Shown in pieces: positions 1 to 11,860 of a stretch of 64,000 bases of DNA. The DNA comes from Fimicolochytrium jonesii. Taxonomy: Eukaryota. Below the pieces are notes generated by a model, which saw nothing but the letters and a program-made list of their open reading frames with translations, was not told where the DNA came from and searched no databases. Each line of letters begins with the position of its first letter. The stretch's first letter is position 1. The translations under genes were made by a program, and so were the position numbers. Location of the stretch: assembly GCF_025526975.1 (NCBI RefSeq), contig NW_026515699.1, forward strand, positions 62,001 to 126,000, written 5' to 3'.

Positions 1-2980
1 CATCCTCTGAAATAGTAGGACAGCATTACCGTAGTATAAACCAACGGCAAAAACAAAGCACAAACCGCCACAATGTTATAGACCGAGATCCCAATCCACT
101 TTGTCTCATTGAACGTCGACACGACATGACGGGTCTTGTAGCTGAGCAAGGTGGTCAGGAAGAGCAGGATCCCGTTGAACACAATCGAGACGACCGTCAT
201 CGTGCGCTGAACTTTTGCGTTAGGGGACACGCAGACTTGCACTGTCTCGAGGTCGTTGACGTTGATGGTGGTGGGGACCGGCGTGCTGACGCCGACCCAG
301 ATGCCGGAGATGATGATTTCGACCAGGACGACTCTGCCGGAGGTGGAGGGAGGGTGATGAGTTTCACGACGGTTTGAGCAGGAAAAGGCTTATTTGAGAA
401 CTCACAATCCAGCGAAGCCCATGAGGTACATATCCGAGATGGCCCGTTCCATCATTTTGGGATTGTTGAAGATCTGCATCGAGCGATTAGGAACTATATC
501 AGAGCAACGGTCGGCAAAGGGATGCGCATCATACCTTGTACACACGCCAAGTCTTCGCCATCAAATTCGCAAACACGAGCCCAAACCCAATATTGAAAAT
601 AAACGGCTGAGCGACACAAGTCCACTTCTTCAAAGTCCCCGTATACAAGAACGGCGTGATATCCAAAAGCAGCAATCCAACCAAAATCAACACCAACGAT
701 TTCCAACTCGCGCGTTTGATCACGGATTTATTACGGCATGTGTACACCGCCGCCATCGACCCGACGTTGGTGGCGAGGAGGATGGCAGCGAGGACCGTGA
801 AGAGCAAGCCTTCGGATGATTTCCAGGCTGGGTTGAGTTGGGTTAAGGGAGGGAAATCTGTTGGGATTTGCGTGGATCCGCCGGCGAAGAGGAGGCCGGT
901 GGTGTTGACTTTGGCTGTGTCTCCGACGAATTCGACGGCGGTTGGGTAGGAGATTGTGGCGGCGTACTTGGAGCCGTAGAGTTGGGGGAGGATCTGGACT
1001 GAGAGGGGGCGATCGAGGGTTTCAGCGGGACATTGAACCAGTCTGATCAGTTCAAAGTCAATCTGGAGAATGGAGCACCTGCTACTCACTCGTTTTGTAA
1101 GCGTAATCCCCGTTGGGCAGGAAGTAATACGGCCCGCTCAGCCCAGTCCTGTTCGTGTTGAAGATGGTGAGATCGGCCGGCGGTGAAGCCCTTATGTTAC
1201 CAGGGGGAGGCACCAAGGATGCTGCAGTGTCGCCAGTGCGTGCGAAATACTGACGATAGACGGGATAGCGTTCTGATTAGTTCAGCTCAGAGAACATGTT
1301 CGAAGACCACGACGAATCATCCACTTACGTCGTGGTATCCCCAGAGAATCGCCATCGTACAATCCCAGTATCGGCTAGAAGGAGCAGAATGCGGAAAGCG
1401 TTAGTTTGTCATCTTATGGTATCTGGCCCATGGTTTCCATACTTCTTCTGGAAATAAACCGAAATCGAACTTACTCATTGGCGATATATTCCCTCCCGAT
1501 ATCACGCGTCGCATTTTCGGCTTTTGAAACGAGTGCGTATTGGGCCTTGAAAGTAGCGTAGATTTCGGTGGTGTAATCTGGGTCTGCGGTGGCTTCCATC
1601 AAAACTCCCGCATTATTGGCAACGTCCTCTCCCAGGATTCCAGCTACCGAGTCACTCATTCCCCAATCGCCGTACGGAAAGTCGATGATCCCTAATGTAT
1701 CGACGGAGCGTCATTGGGCTGTGACTTTTCGACAAAGCGTATGACCCTGCCACGTTACCATTGGAAGTGACCCACACATAATCGGGGCCAGTGAGTCCAA
1801 GCTCGCGCGCTCTGATCCACATGGGGGTAAACTCATCCTCATAGGCTGATAGCATGGGATGTCACCGAAGCAGCGGTGAGTGGAGACTCGCACATTCTTG
1901 ACTCACCTGCGACGACGATGATTTTGACTTTCGAAGCGATGATGGACTGAATACAGCTCTCCATATCGCCCATTTGTCCGTCGCCGTTGAATCCTTGATT
2001 GACTCGCATTTCAATGCCATGTTTCTGGACGGCCGTAATGATTCCCGGGCCGAAAGTGGTTCCAATACCCCCCGCAGCTGCACTGCGTTGCACACGGCGT
2101 TTGGTGTGAGAACAACCGATATCATCGACGATGTACAGTCTCTATGAGATCTCACCTGTATATATATGCAATTTTCTTCCATCCCATCACATTGACAAAG
2201 TCAATCAACCGAGCGCCAAAGACTCTCGTGGAGACCTGCATACGGAACACATTCCTGTATGGCGAACAGCATCAGTATGGAAGCGGAAGTGGTTCGAGTG
2301 CAAGTGTGAGCAAGACGTACGGATATTCGACCCGATTGTTTAGATCGGCTGTTCCGGCATCGGTGACACATTGAGGAATCTTGTGGCTATAGGGAGGTGC
2401 CGAGAATAAGTTTGAAAATCCATGGATGGTAGCGCTTCTAGAAATGATTCCCACGTACAATGCTGTGATCAGGCCCGCATACGGAGCCTGGATGCTTGAT
2501 TGTGCTGTGCATAACGTTCATGAGCGGCCCGGGCCCGTCTTGGAAAGAAATGAAACCCAAGCTCCCTGACTCACGTCCAATCACTGCAAAGACACCCTCG
2601 TTCACTGCTTCGACCGCGGCATATATGGCCCCCGCTTTGTCGGTGGTGACGAGGGAATCCTTCAAGACAAGATTGATATGGGTGTTTGGCAGGAGGTCCG
2701 TAAGGCTGTTGGCATACCTAGAAGGAAGCCCATAAGGTGAACCATGATTCCGATAGTGAAACGGGGTCGACATCTTTTTTGGGGAGCCTGAAACTTACTG
2801 GACAGCAGCCTGGGCCGTCCGACGAGCAATTGCCACGTCACCATCAGGATTATTCACCCCGGGCATGATCAATCCTAGCTTGATCTCCGTCGGGGCTGCG
2901 ACGGTGTTGCCCGCCATGTTGATGAGCCATAATGCAGCAGCGACGGCGATTGCCACCGGAGAGCTGGTGATGCGAGTCAT
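1..2980 (-). CDS. Class C (GABA-B/mGluR-like) GPCR with signal peptide, Venus-flytrap domain and 7TM_3 domain; multi-exon, 3' end runs off the window start
   Basis: ATG at 2980 gives a signal peptide (MTRITSSPVAIAVAAALWLINMAG) followed by EIKLGLIMP and ANF-receptor-like exons (INLVLKDS...GVFAVIG, YPYVLLT, KVKIIVVA, GLTGPDYVWVTSN). The 7TM exons carry RNKSVIKRAS, CVAQPFIFNIGFGLVFANLMAKTWRVYK and FNETKWIGISVYN. GT-AG introns separate the exons. Confidence 0.9.
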
Positions 2981-4479
2981 CTTTGTCGATGGAATGCCGA
3001 TGCGAAATCCACCCGGTGATATACGCTTCCCTCGAAGTCCCGCAACAACACAAGTAGAGCGAACTAAGAGTCTGAACAGGCGAAAATAGTCGCAGGGGAA
3101 AAGTGGCGGTGTCCGGGAAAACACGGACTTCCAATCCACTCTTAACGAATTTACTGTCCAGGGCGCTTTTCGCTCTCGGCGCTTTATATATGACAGCCTC
3201 GACGTTGTTGGCTACCGCTGGAATACCGTTGGCTTCGAATGCGCCCTCATGAAGCAGTTGACTATTCGGTTCCTTGAAGCTTACGCTTACTCTGATCCGT
3301 GGCGCCTGCACCGGTCGAAGATCGCTCTCACCGACAAGCTTAATCCTCACGCCGATAAGCATCCTCAGCACGATGGACTGTCCTCGCGATGGACGTGGAT
3401 CTGGGGTTCCACCCCAATGGATATCCAGGTAGCAGTGTTCTGGAACCGTTCTCGTCGGTAACTGTACTGTATAAGGCGATGTTTGTGTTAGGCAAACTGA
3501 CCGAATGGGATGCCTCGCATAGTCCTTAGTCGAGATCTTGATTGTCGTGCTGTCGTTATCCTGTCAAAATGCGGAGCTCAGAATTGCTATTTGTCACGGG
3601 TTGTCGTCTTTGACCGACGCCCTCAATTACAATGGGAATCTCGCCCATGGCGTTCGGTAGAGGGCAGACCTGACAGCAATGCCATTACGTCTGTGACGAC
3701 TGGCTTTCAGAGCGTTTGCGAGGCGGAAAGTAACCGGGGTTGCGCGGGGAGTTCTGACCCATCCTTTTTCGGAGGTACACCTTGCGAGGGAGGGGTTGGG
3801 GAGCGAGAATTCTTCCAGCGGGAGTCGTTGCTGAGCATTTCACCCGCACAGTGGTGCCGCAGGAATGTGGAATCCTTGCAGGAGCCAGGAACTCACTACG
3901 GTTTCGGAATGGGAATAGAGGCATGTCCCGGCTTGGAGGTTTAGCGGTTGGGCAAGCCACCCAGGTAAGAGCTTCACAATGGACTTGGACTTGCAGTTCC
4001 TCCTATCGACAACAACACAGACGTAACCAAGCACTGCTCCAGCCCGCCCATTTTAAAGATAGGGCAGAACACATGGGACCAGACGGCGGTCTGTCCTCTC
4101 AAACAAAAAGGCGTTTGAGCATGCGTTGCGAAACCTGCCCTGAAGCAACGCGTCGGGAAACGAGGTCCCGTTCATCAACGTCCATGAACGACTGACTACC
4201 TGCCGTTGTTTTTAGGTCCAAACGAAACCTTCCTACTATGGACTGTGTACATGTACTGGTAGGAAAAGAATGTCGTCTCTTCCTACATCTTCTGCAGGCA
4301 GTTGTCAATCGACGTCGTGAAAACCACCAGCAAGAGGCGGGTCAGTGCTCTGCTCATAGCCCATCGCGCCGCCCTGTCCTTCCAACCACTGGGTGTGCTT
4401 GGCTTTCGTCATTGGGTGCCAAGTACGAGAAAATGCATTCAACCATCTTCGAGACGCCAATAAGCGCAACATGTGAAAA

Positions 4480-4950
4480 TCACATTATATGTAGTCATGC
4501 ATTAGAAGGCCATCGCTCGTATTTGGGGATTTCATGGCAGCGTGATATGTTGTGGGTTCGTCTGCGTCTTGTACAGTGGCGACAGAGGCTTCAGCTTGGT
4601 ATGGGGTACCATCTTCTTCGAAGCCAGTGAAGGCGGAGAGGGCAGCTGCGTTCTTGATGACTTCGCATGGTTCCCTGGTAGGATCATCGAAGGCTTTCCA
4701 CTTGACTAAATATTCTTCCCTTTTTTTCTTCTTCGTTTTTGTGATGTGGATGGCCGGGTGCCACGCCTTCCGCGCGGAATTATCCTGCCTCGGCACAAAG
4801 GTTATCCCAGAGCTGTCCCAAAAGAGTTTGGTGCCGGAAGAATGTTGGTGCGTTGGTGAAGCTCGGGGAGGGATACTGTTTTTCTTTCGTTGTATGTCGC
4901 CATGCGACAGCCAAAGAACTTCCGAATCAGGCGCCTATCAAATATCATAT
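4480..4950 (-). mobile_element. Degenerate Ty1/Copia-like LTR retrotransposon pol fragment with a chromodomain
   Basis: RKFFGCRMATY resembles the post-integrase LRxFGCxAY motif. EEYLVKWKAFDDPTREPCEVI is a chromodomain core, and the in-frame EPTTYHAAMKSP matches the Copia pre-RT EPxTYxEAMxSP motif. Stops and frameshifts surround it. Confidence 0.55.
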
Positions 4951-6246
4951 GCGCGGGCAATCAGATCGCGCAAAAACCGCATCAACGACGCTACTTTCGG
5001 CAGTATGGAGACACTTACGCTCCTTTGTGTATTAGCAAACGGAGTTCCATCCTTCCGGACTCTCCCAAACCTTTCATTTACCGAGTTGAAGATCAGCAAG
5101 CCCCTGGGGTTTTCGCCGCGCGCCCGGCAAACTGGACAGATTTCTTGCTGCTACGATATCATTTGGCCGGTACGGAGCTTCCTGCGTTTGACCGGTCGTT
5201 GTCCGCACACACCTGTGATTATTGATCAGCGGTCGAATCCAACTTCGAACGTGAGGATCACCTACTCACCCATGATGCTGTGCCTGCCCTTTCGACGGAC
5301 GCTGCTTTTCAATCATCAAAGCGAACACCGATTTATATGTCGCTTAATTGCGTTCGGCGGTCATTTATCCCTCACAAGGGTTTCCTGATACCCTGACCGC
5401 CGCAATCGTGGTTTTGAGGCTCGATGCCGCTTCCGCCTCGAGCGTCGCTGTCCTCGGCCTATCATATTCCCAGATCTGAACACGACTAGTGCAAAGCTCA
5501 GTACGTGGGGTTATGTGGTGTGTGTCCATAGTGCATAGTGCATCGGGCCGTCTCGCAGGAGAGCCACAGGAAGTCATCCTAGTCGGAGGAAGCTGACTTC
5601 TTCGCCAAGACCCCTGTATGTCTTCCCTTCCAGCGCAGGCGCCTTCTTCCTCCGGGTCCGTGTACAATACGTTCCCACCAAGCGTGCGAGTCGGCGTATA
5701 AACAACTGTCTTTCTCCAGAGTGAGTGTTCTCGTCCCTCTCATTGGTTTTCGCGCGCGTGGGTTCGATGGGCATTTCGGGCTCTGTTTCGGGCTCACCGT
5801 CACCCACGGCACTCATGAGACTCAGACTAATCACTTCTGAGAGGCTTTGGAAGCTGGAACGTACGGCACTTCAATTACTGACAAAAGTAGATTCACCCCC
5901 CATCCAGTCGAAAACAGCAGCTGCTCTTAGCGCTTCTGGGACGTCATACAATATCATAAGGAGCCACTTCTCCTCCCTCCCTCCCCGCGCAAGAGTGCAT
6001 CGTGGCCTTTTCCGAAATTGGAAGCCCGTGACGTACTGTACACTACCGACACACCGAACCCGCCGCCGACCTCACAGAAGGAACCGAGCCTGGAGTCCGG
6101 TCACCGTTCTAACCAAACAAGTTCAGTGGGAGGGTAGCCAGCGGTAGGCCAACGTCGACTAGGGCACGAACAACGTCAGCAGCACGGATTGGTGCCCATC
6201 AACCACCGAGGCCGGTCGACGTGTTACGCAGGCACATTATCGCAGC

Positions 6247-7878
6247 ATGTACAGACCGCACATCCCACGGTCCATACCCGGGCTATTGGATGGAGGGGGA
6301 CGGGAAGGCGGCGCACACCCGCCAGAGCCCTTCAAATGCCAGTTGTTGGATGGTAAGGCTAGACTGGTGTCTTTCCGCCCCTGGAGTTTGTTCTCCAGAA
6401 TAAGGGTGGGACTGACCGCCGACTCCTCTCCCTTGTACATACAGGCTTTGCGATTCTGGTGCAGATTCTGATGGCGAGCATTGCCCTGAGTTCTCTGATA
6501 AGTACTGTATGCTGGAGTGCTGCTGGGGAAATGTGAGCTGCTGGACGGTATTCTGACGCTATTCTTTTTCGACGCGTAGTAAAGCGGAATAGAGAGACGC
6601 CGCAGCGGCCTTTCAAAATATGGTGAGCATACGATGTACGCTATATGGAAGTAATATGGCCTAGAGATGTGGCATGGAGCTTTGTGGGGCCGGCCGGCAC
6701 AATTGCGCCGAGCGAAGCGAGGGGCAATGTTGCTTGAGGACACACGAGTCCCGAGGATTGCCATCAACCATCACCAACAACCAGCGGTCCATCATCCACC
6801 AACAAAAGTCAAAGCACTTATCATTTTTGCACGATAGGGCATTGGATACGAGCAAACAGGCGGTAGCGGCTGGCTTGGTGCATTTTGCGAACATTGCGAT
6901 AGCATCGTTCACGGGAGGCGAATCGGAGAACTCGGATAATCCGTGTGTTTGGTACTTCTTGCATGTGAGTACGGCAGGGAGCGCTGTCTGTGGTTTCATA
7001 TCGTTGAAGTCCTAACGCGAGCTCACGAACAAGCCCTACGTTTCATTACGCAGATCCTCCTCGACACAACCCTCGGCGTCGGCATCCTCGCCCTCTTCCT
7101 CCGCCTCCTTCACCAACTAGCCGACAAATTTCACATGTCCGACATGCGTTCGGGCTACTACGGCTACCCGCCCCGGATTCGCGCTTGGGCAAAACAACTC
7201 CTCCTCTTCCTCATCGCCTGGTTCTTCGTCAAACTCACCGTCGTCGCCATCCTCACCCTCTTCCCCTTTCTCGCCACCGTCGCCGGCTGGATCCTCAACC
7301 CGCTCGTGTCGGGAGACACAGACCCGAGGCTGCAGGTCTTGGTCGTCATGCTCATTTTCCCTCTGTGTATGAATGTCGTGCAGGCTTGGTTGATTGATAT
7401 GGTCATCAAGGGCAAACATCCGCACCCGCATCACCACCTCAACCGTCGCAGCAGTTCACGGAGAAATCTGGCGGGAAGCTATCGACGTGTAGGCGATCAG
7501 GCGTCGACGGACGATTTAGGCGGCGGGGGCGGGTTGGCGGATTCCACAGTCGACATCCACGATTCGGACTCGGATAACGCGAACATGGAGGACTCTGCGA
7601 ATCCATATTTACACGACGACGAGGATGATGACGATAGCGGAGGGGATCCATTACACACCTACCACACAGCATCCGACTCTGAATCCCTCCTCGACGACAT
7701 CGACGAGCATCTCGGTGCCGATGCGGTGCGGATGTCGGCTACCACAGACTCCCCGAAGGGTTCGGCTGCGGGGTCGGGGAGGAGCGGGAGGAGCGGGACG
7801 ACGAGCCCGGCGTTGGGGCGGAATGTGACGGAGCGCGCGGGGAGGAGCTCGCCTTTGGGAATGGGTGGTGGGAATTGA
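6247..7878 (+). CDS. STIMATE/TMEM110-family (yeast YPL162C-like) multi-pass membrane protein, about 5 exons
   Basis: Spliced reading is CQLLD/GFAILVQILMASIALSSLI/KRNRETPQRPFKIW/ALDTSKQAVAAGLVHFANI...NPCVWYFLH/ILLDTTLGV...SGYYGYPPRIRAWAKQL...QVLVVMLIFPLCMNVVQAWLIDMVIK, followed by an acidic tail. Introns are canonical GT-AG. Confidence 0.85.
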
Positions 7879-8001
7879 ATTGCCCCGCTGCTAGCAATTG
7901 AGCTCAAATCTTCAGTCTTGCACACCTCGACCGCGCTGTACTCACATTTGATGGAACTGGCGAAACTTTTGGAGCGGTTATGCCTTCATGGATTGCGTCG
8001 C

Positions 8002-8505
8002 CTATGAGCGTTTCGGCTTTTGTACCTCACTACTACTGTGCCCCTCATGTATGTATTTAAGACACTCTCCGTCACTCCTCCCCACGTGAGGAGCTGTTTT
8101 TGGACCTACTGTAAACACTTGAGAGACGCAAGGCAGGTGAAGACCTCCAGGATCTGGAGGGAGCGGCAAACGAACATATGTCTGGCATCTGACGGTCAGA
8201 CGCCTTGATAAGAGCCATCGGCGATGAACGGCGCCGAGGTCTGAAATGCACGGATGGGCGCATCCCAACTCCGCTGAGCAATCGATTGAAGTTGCGACGG
8301 CCATCGTCCGCGTGTATCATACACCGTTGGCCAGCTTTTGCCCCAATTCGCGGATGGGCAAGTCATAATCTGCTAGTTGACCATTATGCAATTCCTGTTT
8401 CATGAGCTCAAAATAATAGGCGCTAAGCATGCCCCCCACCATCAGCGTTACAGCGGTCGCATCACCAACCTCCGGCATTATCTTTATCTGCGAGCTCTTT
8501 CTCAC
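8002..8505 (-). pseudogene. Probable Kyakuja-Dileera-Zisupton (KDZ) transposase remnant
   Basis: Motifs occur in KDZ order across shifted frames: DDGRRNF, GCAH, PDICSF (YDIxC-like) and LHLPC...PKTAPHVGRSDGECL (FHxxxH...GxGxxDGExxE-like). The region is heavily frameshifted. Confidence 0.4.
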
Positions 8506-8999
8506 ACTCTACGAAGCGACGGTCAGTCCTCCCTGCGTCCCCACTTCCAGCCTGCCTCGAATTTCACCTAAGCAAACACCGACAGAAGCCGCGCTGTCGA
8601 AATGGCTTGCACACAAACTCCGAAAGGGGCTAGGGTTAGGGTTACGGTTATTGCACACAAAAACGTTGGCATGCCTTAATCCTTCCCGAACCCCAACCTC
8701 TCCGCCCCGCCCACTTTTTGGCTCCAAATTTAAGCAGCCCATAACCGGTGCCCGCCTCCTCATATCAGTCCAAAGTTTTACTGCCTGTTACGGACCCACG
8801 TCGCTTTCAAGCCCACCATCGTAATCGAACCGAGTCCAACGCGCCCGATGTTATTTTTCTCGATCATACAAAGGGAATGAATGAGGCGGGGATCGCAGGA
8901 ATACTATGTAAATCCTCGTATGAACAAATGGGGCGGGCGGGGAAGGTGAAACAGTATACTCTCAATCTATCTATGCGAGCTTGACCAGAAACCGGGAGT

Positions 9000-9700
9000 G
9001 CGTGCGTTACTCTCGAGGATGAGTATCGCATCCCCGTATCCCCATCCGAGGTACCCTCTGCCACTCGGTCTCCAACGCTGATATCGTCACAGAAAGCCGC
9101 TTTCGCCGCGTATACAGCGGTGCGAGCAGTGTGTGAACGAGCATTGCCCCAATTGGAAGTGTCGGGAAATATTCCTTCCAATGCTCTTAACATCGGAAGG
9201 TCCGTAAGCCTCGTGATTCGAAGGATCGTCTTGGACAGGGTGCAGCGAGGCAGTGGCGGCAAGGTCCGGCAGAGAGTGCACGGTACCGAGGGTTCTTCAT
9301 ATTCCGCCGTACTGAGAGCAAGCGCTAGCTGCAGTCCAAAATCCCCGTCTGCCCCCGCCGCCGACACCCTCATCGCCATCTCCATCATCAAGAGATCTTC
9401 GTCCTCCTCTTCTTCCACACTTGTACCAGCAGCAGGTTTGGATGCTTCCGTTGTGGTAGTGGATGGCACGCTGATGCCGAGGCTTGGGAAACCCGGTTTG
9501 GCGGTCATATCGGCAGCGATGCCAGTGGACGAGCTGCTTGCTGCCGTGGCTCCAAATGTGAATGGTGGAGGAGCGGATGTGGCGACCGCGGCTGCGGCCT
9601 CGGCGGCGGCTTGCTCGCCTTCTTTGTGGATGTTGATGGAAGAAAGTGTTTGGGCGGCTCGAGCGATGTGGCCGCGTGGGAAGGTGTTGCGTGGGTCTCG
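9000..9700 (-). pseudogene. Low-complexity protein fragment with a ubiquitin-interacting-motif-like helix
   Basis: DGDFGLQLALALSTAEYEE is preceded by EEEEDEDLLMMEMAMRVS and an Ala/Ser-rich PFTFG region. No clear start codon. Confidence 0.3.
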
Positions 9701-9899
9701 GCGTTGTCCTCGACTTGTTCATCTTCGTCCCTGTGGTCTGCGTCGTCGGTTGCTATCGCTTCTTCTTGACTGTTCACGCTCCATTGCGCTCCATTCACTA
9801 ACGTGCTTCTGTGGAGGATGCATGGACCCTGGCCAGGGCGAGACGAAGATGTGATCTTTGGGCCGGATGGTGAAACACCGCACCACCACAGCAATCCTT

Positions 9900-10730
9900 C
9901 AGCGGCGTCGCTTCAATCAACGGTGGAGGGCTGGTGGGAGGGGAGTGGGAGAGGGGCGGAGTGATTCCGGGCGAGTCGGCGGGGTTCGGCGGTTGATGGT
10001 GCCGTTGTCGGGCGGCGGACGGCGCTGGCGGCGGGAGATGGGGTTGGCGGTGGGAAGCACCCCAATGACGAGGGCGGCGATGTCGATCGGCGCTCCGCTG
10101 AGGGGAGCCACCCCCGTGGAGAGGACGGATGAGGGCGAGGTCTCCCCATCCCCCCCCCACAAATGTTTTTCCCCAAATGAGAGGGGGTCGTCGAGCCGTC
10201 CGCCGTGACTTGCGCGTGATGGTTACGCGTCCTTCCATGGCTTGTCCCCCCCTACCAACGCGGAAGACCAACTCATCGCCCTCATCGAGGATGGGTCCCC
10301 CCCCCCCGCGGAAGACCAACTCATCGCCCTCATCGAGGATGGGTCCCCCCCCCCGCGGAAGACCAACTCATCGCCCTCATCGAGGATCGGTCCCCAACCC
10401 CCCCCCCCCCCCCCCCCCCAGCTCGTCCCCCTCGTCCCCCTCGTCCATAACCGTTCTGGGGACCGCTCCCCTCAGAAGCAGGGTCAGCGTGAACAGATCC
10501 TCCGACGACGTGTGCGCCACCACCAGCCTCGGTCGATCCGTCAAGCCGTCCGACATCGCCCCGAAATCCACCGCACCCGGAGGCCACGCGAATGATCCTT
10601 CGTCCGCGACCGGACGCACGCGCATCCCCTCCCATTCCCGGTGGAGAGGAAGGATGAGGGCGCGGTCTCGTGGGTGGTGGTTGTAAGCATGCTGCGCCAG
10701 ATAGTGGTGGTGGTGGTTTCGGCCATGATG
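9900..10730 (-). pseudogene. Copy of an unknown multicopy module (LDEGD / EGMRVR / DFG family), frameshifted at poly-G tracts
   Basis: EWEGMRVRPVADEGSF...AVDFGAMSDGLT and TSSEDLFTLTLLLRGAVPRTVMDEGD align with the 44752..45465 ORF. It contains three ~48-bp tandem units (cggaagaccaactcatcgccctcatcgaggat) at 10261-10390. Confidence 0.5.
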
Positions 10731-11356
10731 GTAGTAGAGGGTAGATTTTGTGGTGTGTGTGTGTGTATGGAAGTGGCAGGGTCTGTGTGTGAAGGAAGTG
10801 AGAATGGGTTTGAGCGACTCGTTCATATATCCGCGTCCAAGATCAATACTCGTTGCAACTCTCACCACGCAATCTAACCATACCTGGAAATACTGAGACT
10901 TTGCACATCCGGTTAGTGGGCCTGGTGATACCGCCGGATGAGGACTGTGCGGTCGGCGTCTCCCAGGCATGTACAGGGGCAGCGCCGGCCGCTTTTTCGG
11001 TCTTGGGAGTGCTTGAAGGACCCTGCTTGGGACCAGCACTGCTACTGGGCGGAAGACGACGTTTCCCACACATGCCGAGCAGCATCATCCATGGTACCAG
11101 CCTCTTCCCGAGGAAGAGAGAGAAAGGCGTTCCGCGCCAGGTGCAGGCCCTTGGGGTTTCCTCGACCGGTCGTTGTTCATCTTCGCCGTCGGTCGCTACT
11201 TGCGTCTGGAATGCGCGGGGATCCGGCAACGCGACGAGGACTCCCGCGACTCGGATGGGGCCAGGCACGGGGCGGAGGGGTGTACTCTCTGGGCCGTGGA
11301 CCTGATGGATGCGGACGACGGAAAATTGAGCTCACTGAAGTACAATCGCTGAACGT

Positions 11357-11860
11357 TCAATTGACCGACAAAGACTTACGCATAAGTGGTCCGTTTTCCA
11401 CCAGCGCCCGACGCGCCCGAGGTCCTGCTGCGACCTGGGGCGGTGGGTCGACGTAGTCCTCCTCGTTTTCCTCATCGTCGCTCTTCGCCACGATGGTCAA
11501 CCATGCGGTTGCGTTGGGCCGGGCCGTTGTGCCCGTGAATGCCATGTAGTTATGTTCATGGCGCCCATCTAGAGTTATCCAGTGGGCGTAGCCCCGGCCC
11601 CTCGCGTGCAGGATTAGGCGGTTGGTAAACCGGCAGGAATTGGCGGCGGTCACTTCCGCTAGTCGCTGCTTCCGATCCATTTCCCACCTGATGCGGATCG
11701 TCGTTCCCACCGTCGTGACGACGTGAGAGGGGTAGAACCCGTTGTTGGTCATTCTGATTTCAATCCCGTTGAACACCTCCTCCTCGTCCTCCTCGTCTAC
11801 ACGGAAGGTGCTTTCGGCAGCGGTGGTGGCTACGGTTGGGGGACGCGGACGCCAGGCCAT
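11357..11860 (-). CDS. Small protein with a cupredoxin-like beta-sandwich pattern but no obvious type-1 copper ligands
   Basis: IEIRMTNNGFYPSHVVTTVGTTIRIRW...LAEVTAANSC matches the FxPxxVxxxxGxTVxW...E...SC pattern. ATG is at 11860 with a TATA-like TATATAAAG about 100 bp upstream. A second copy lies at 48451-48950. Confidence 0.5.
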   Translation of the reverse strand: MAWRPRPPTVATTAAESTFRVDEEDEEEVFNGIEIRMTNNGFYPSHVVTTVGTTIRIRWEMDRKQRLAEVTAANSCRFTNRLILHARGRGYAHWITLDGRHEHNYMAFTGTTARPNATAWLTIVAKSDDEENEEDYVDPPPQVAAGPRARRALVENGPLMRKSLSVN

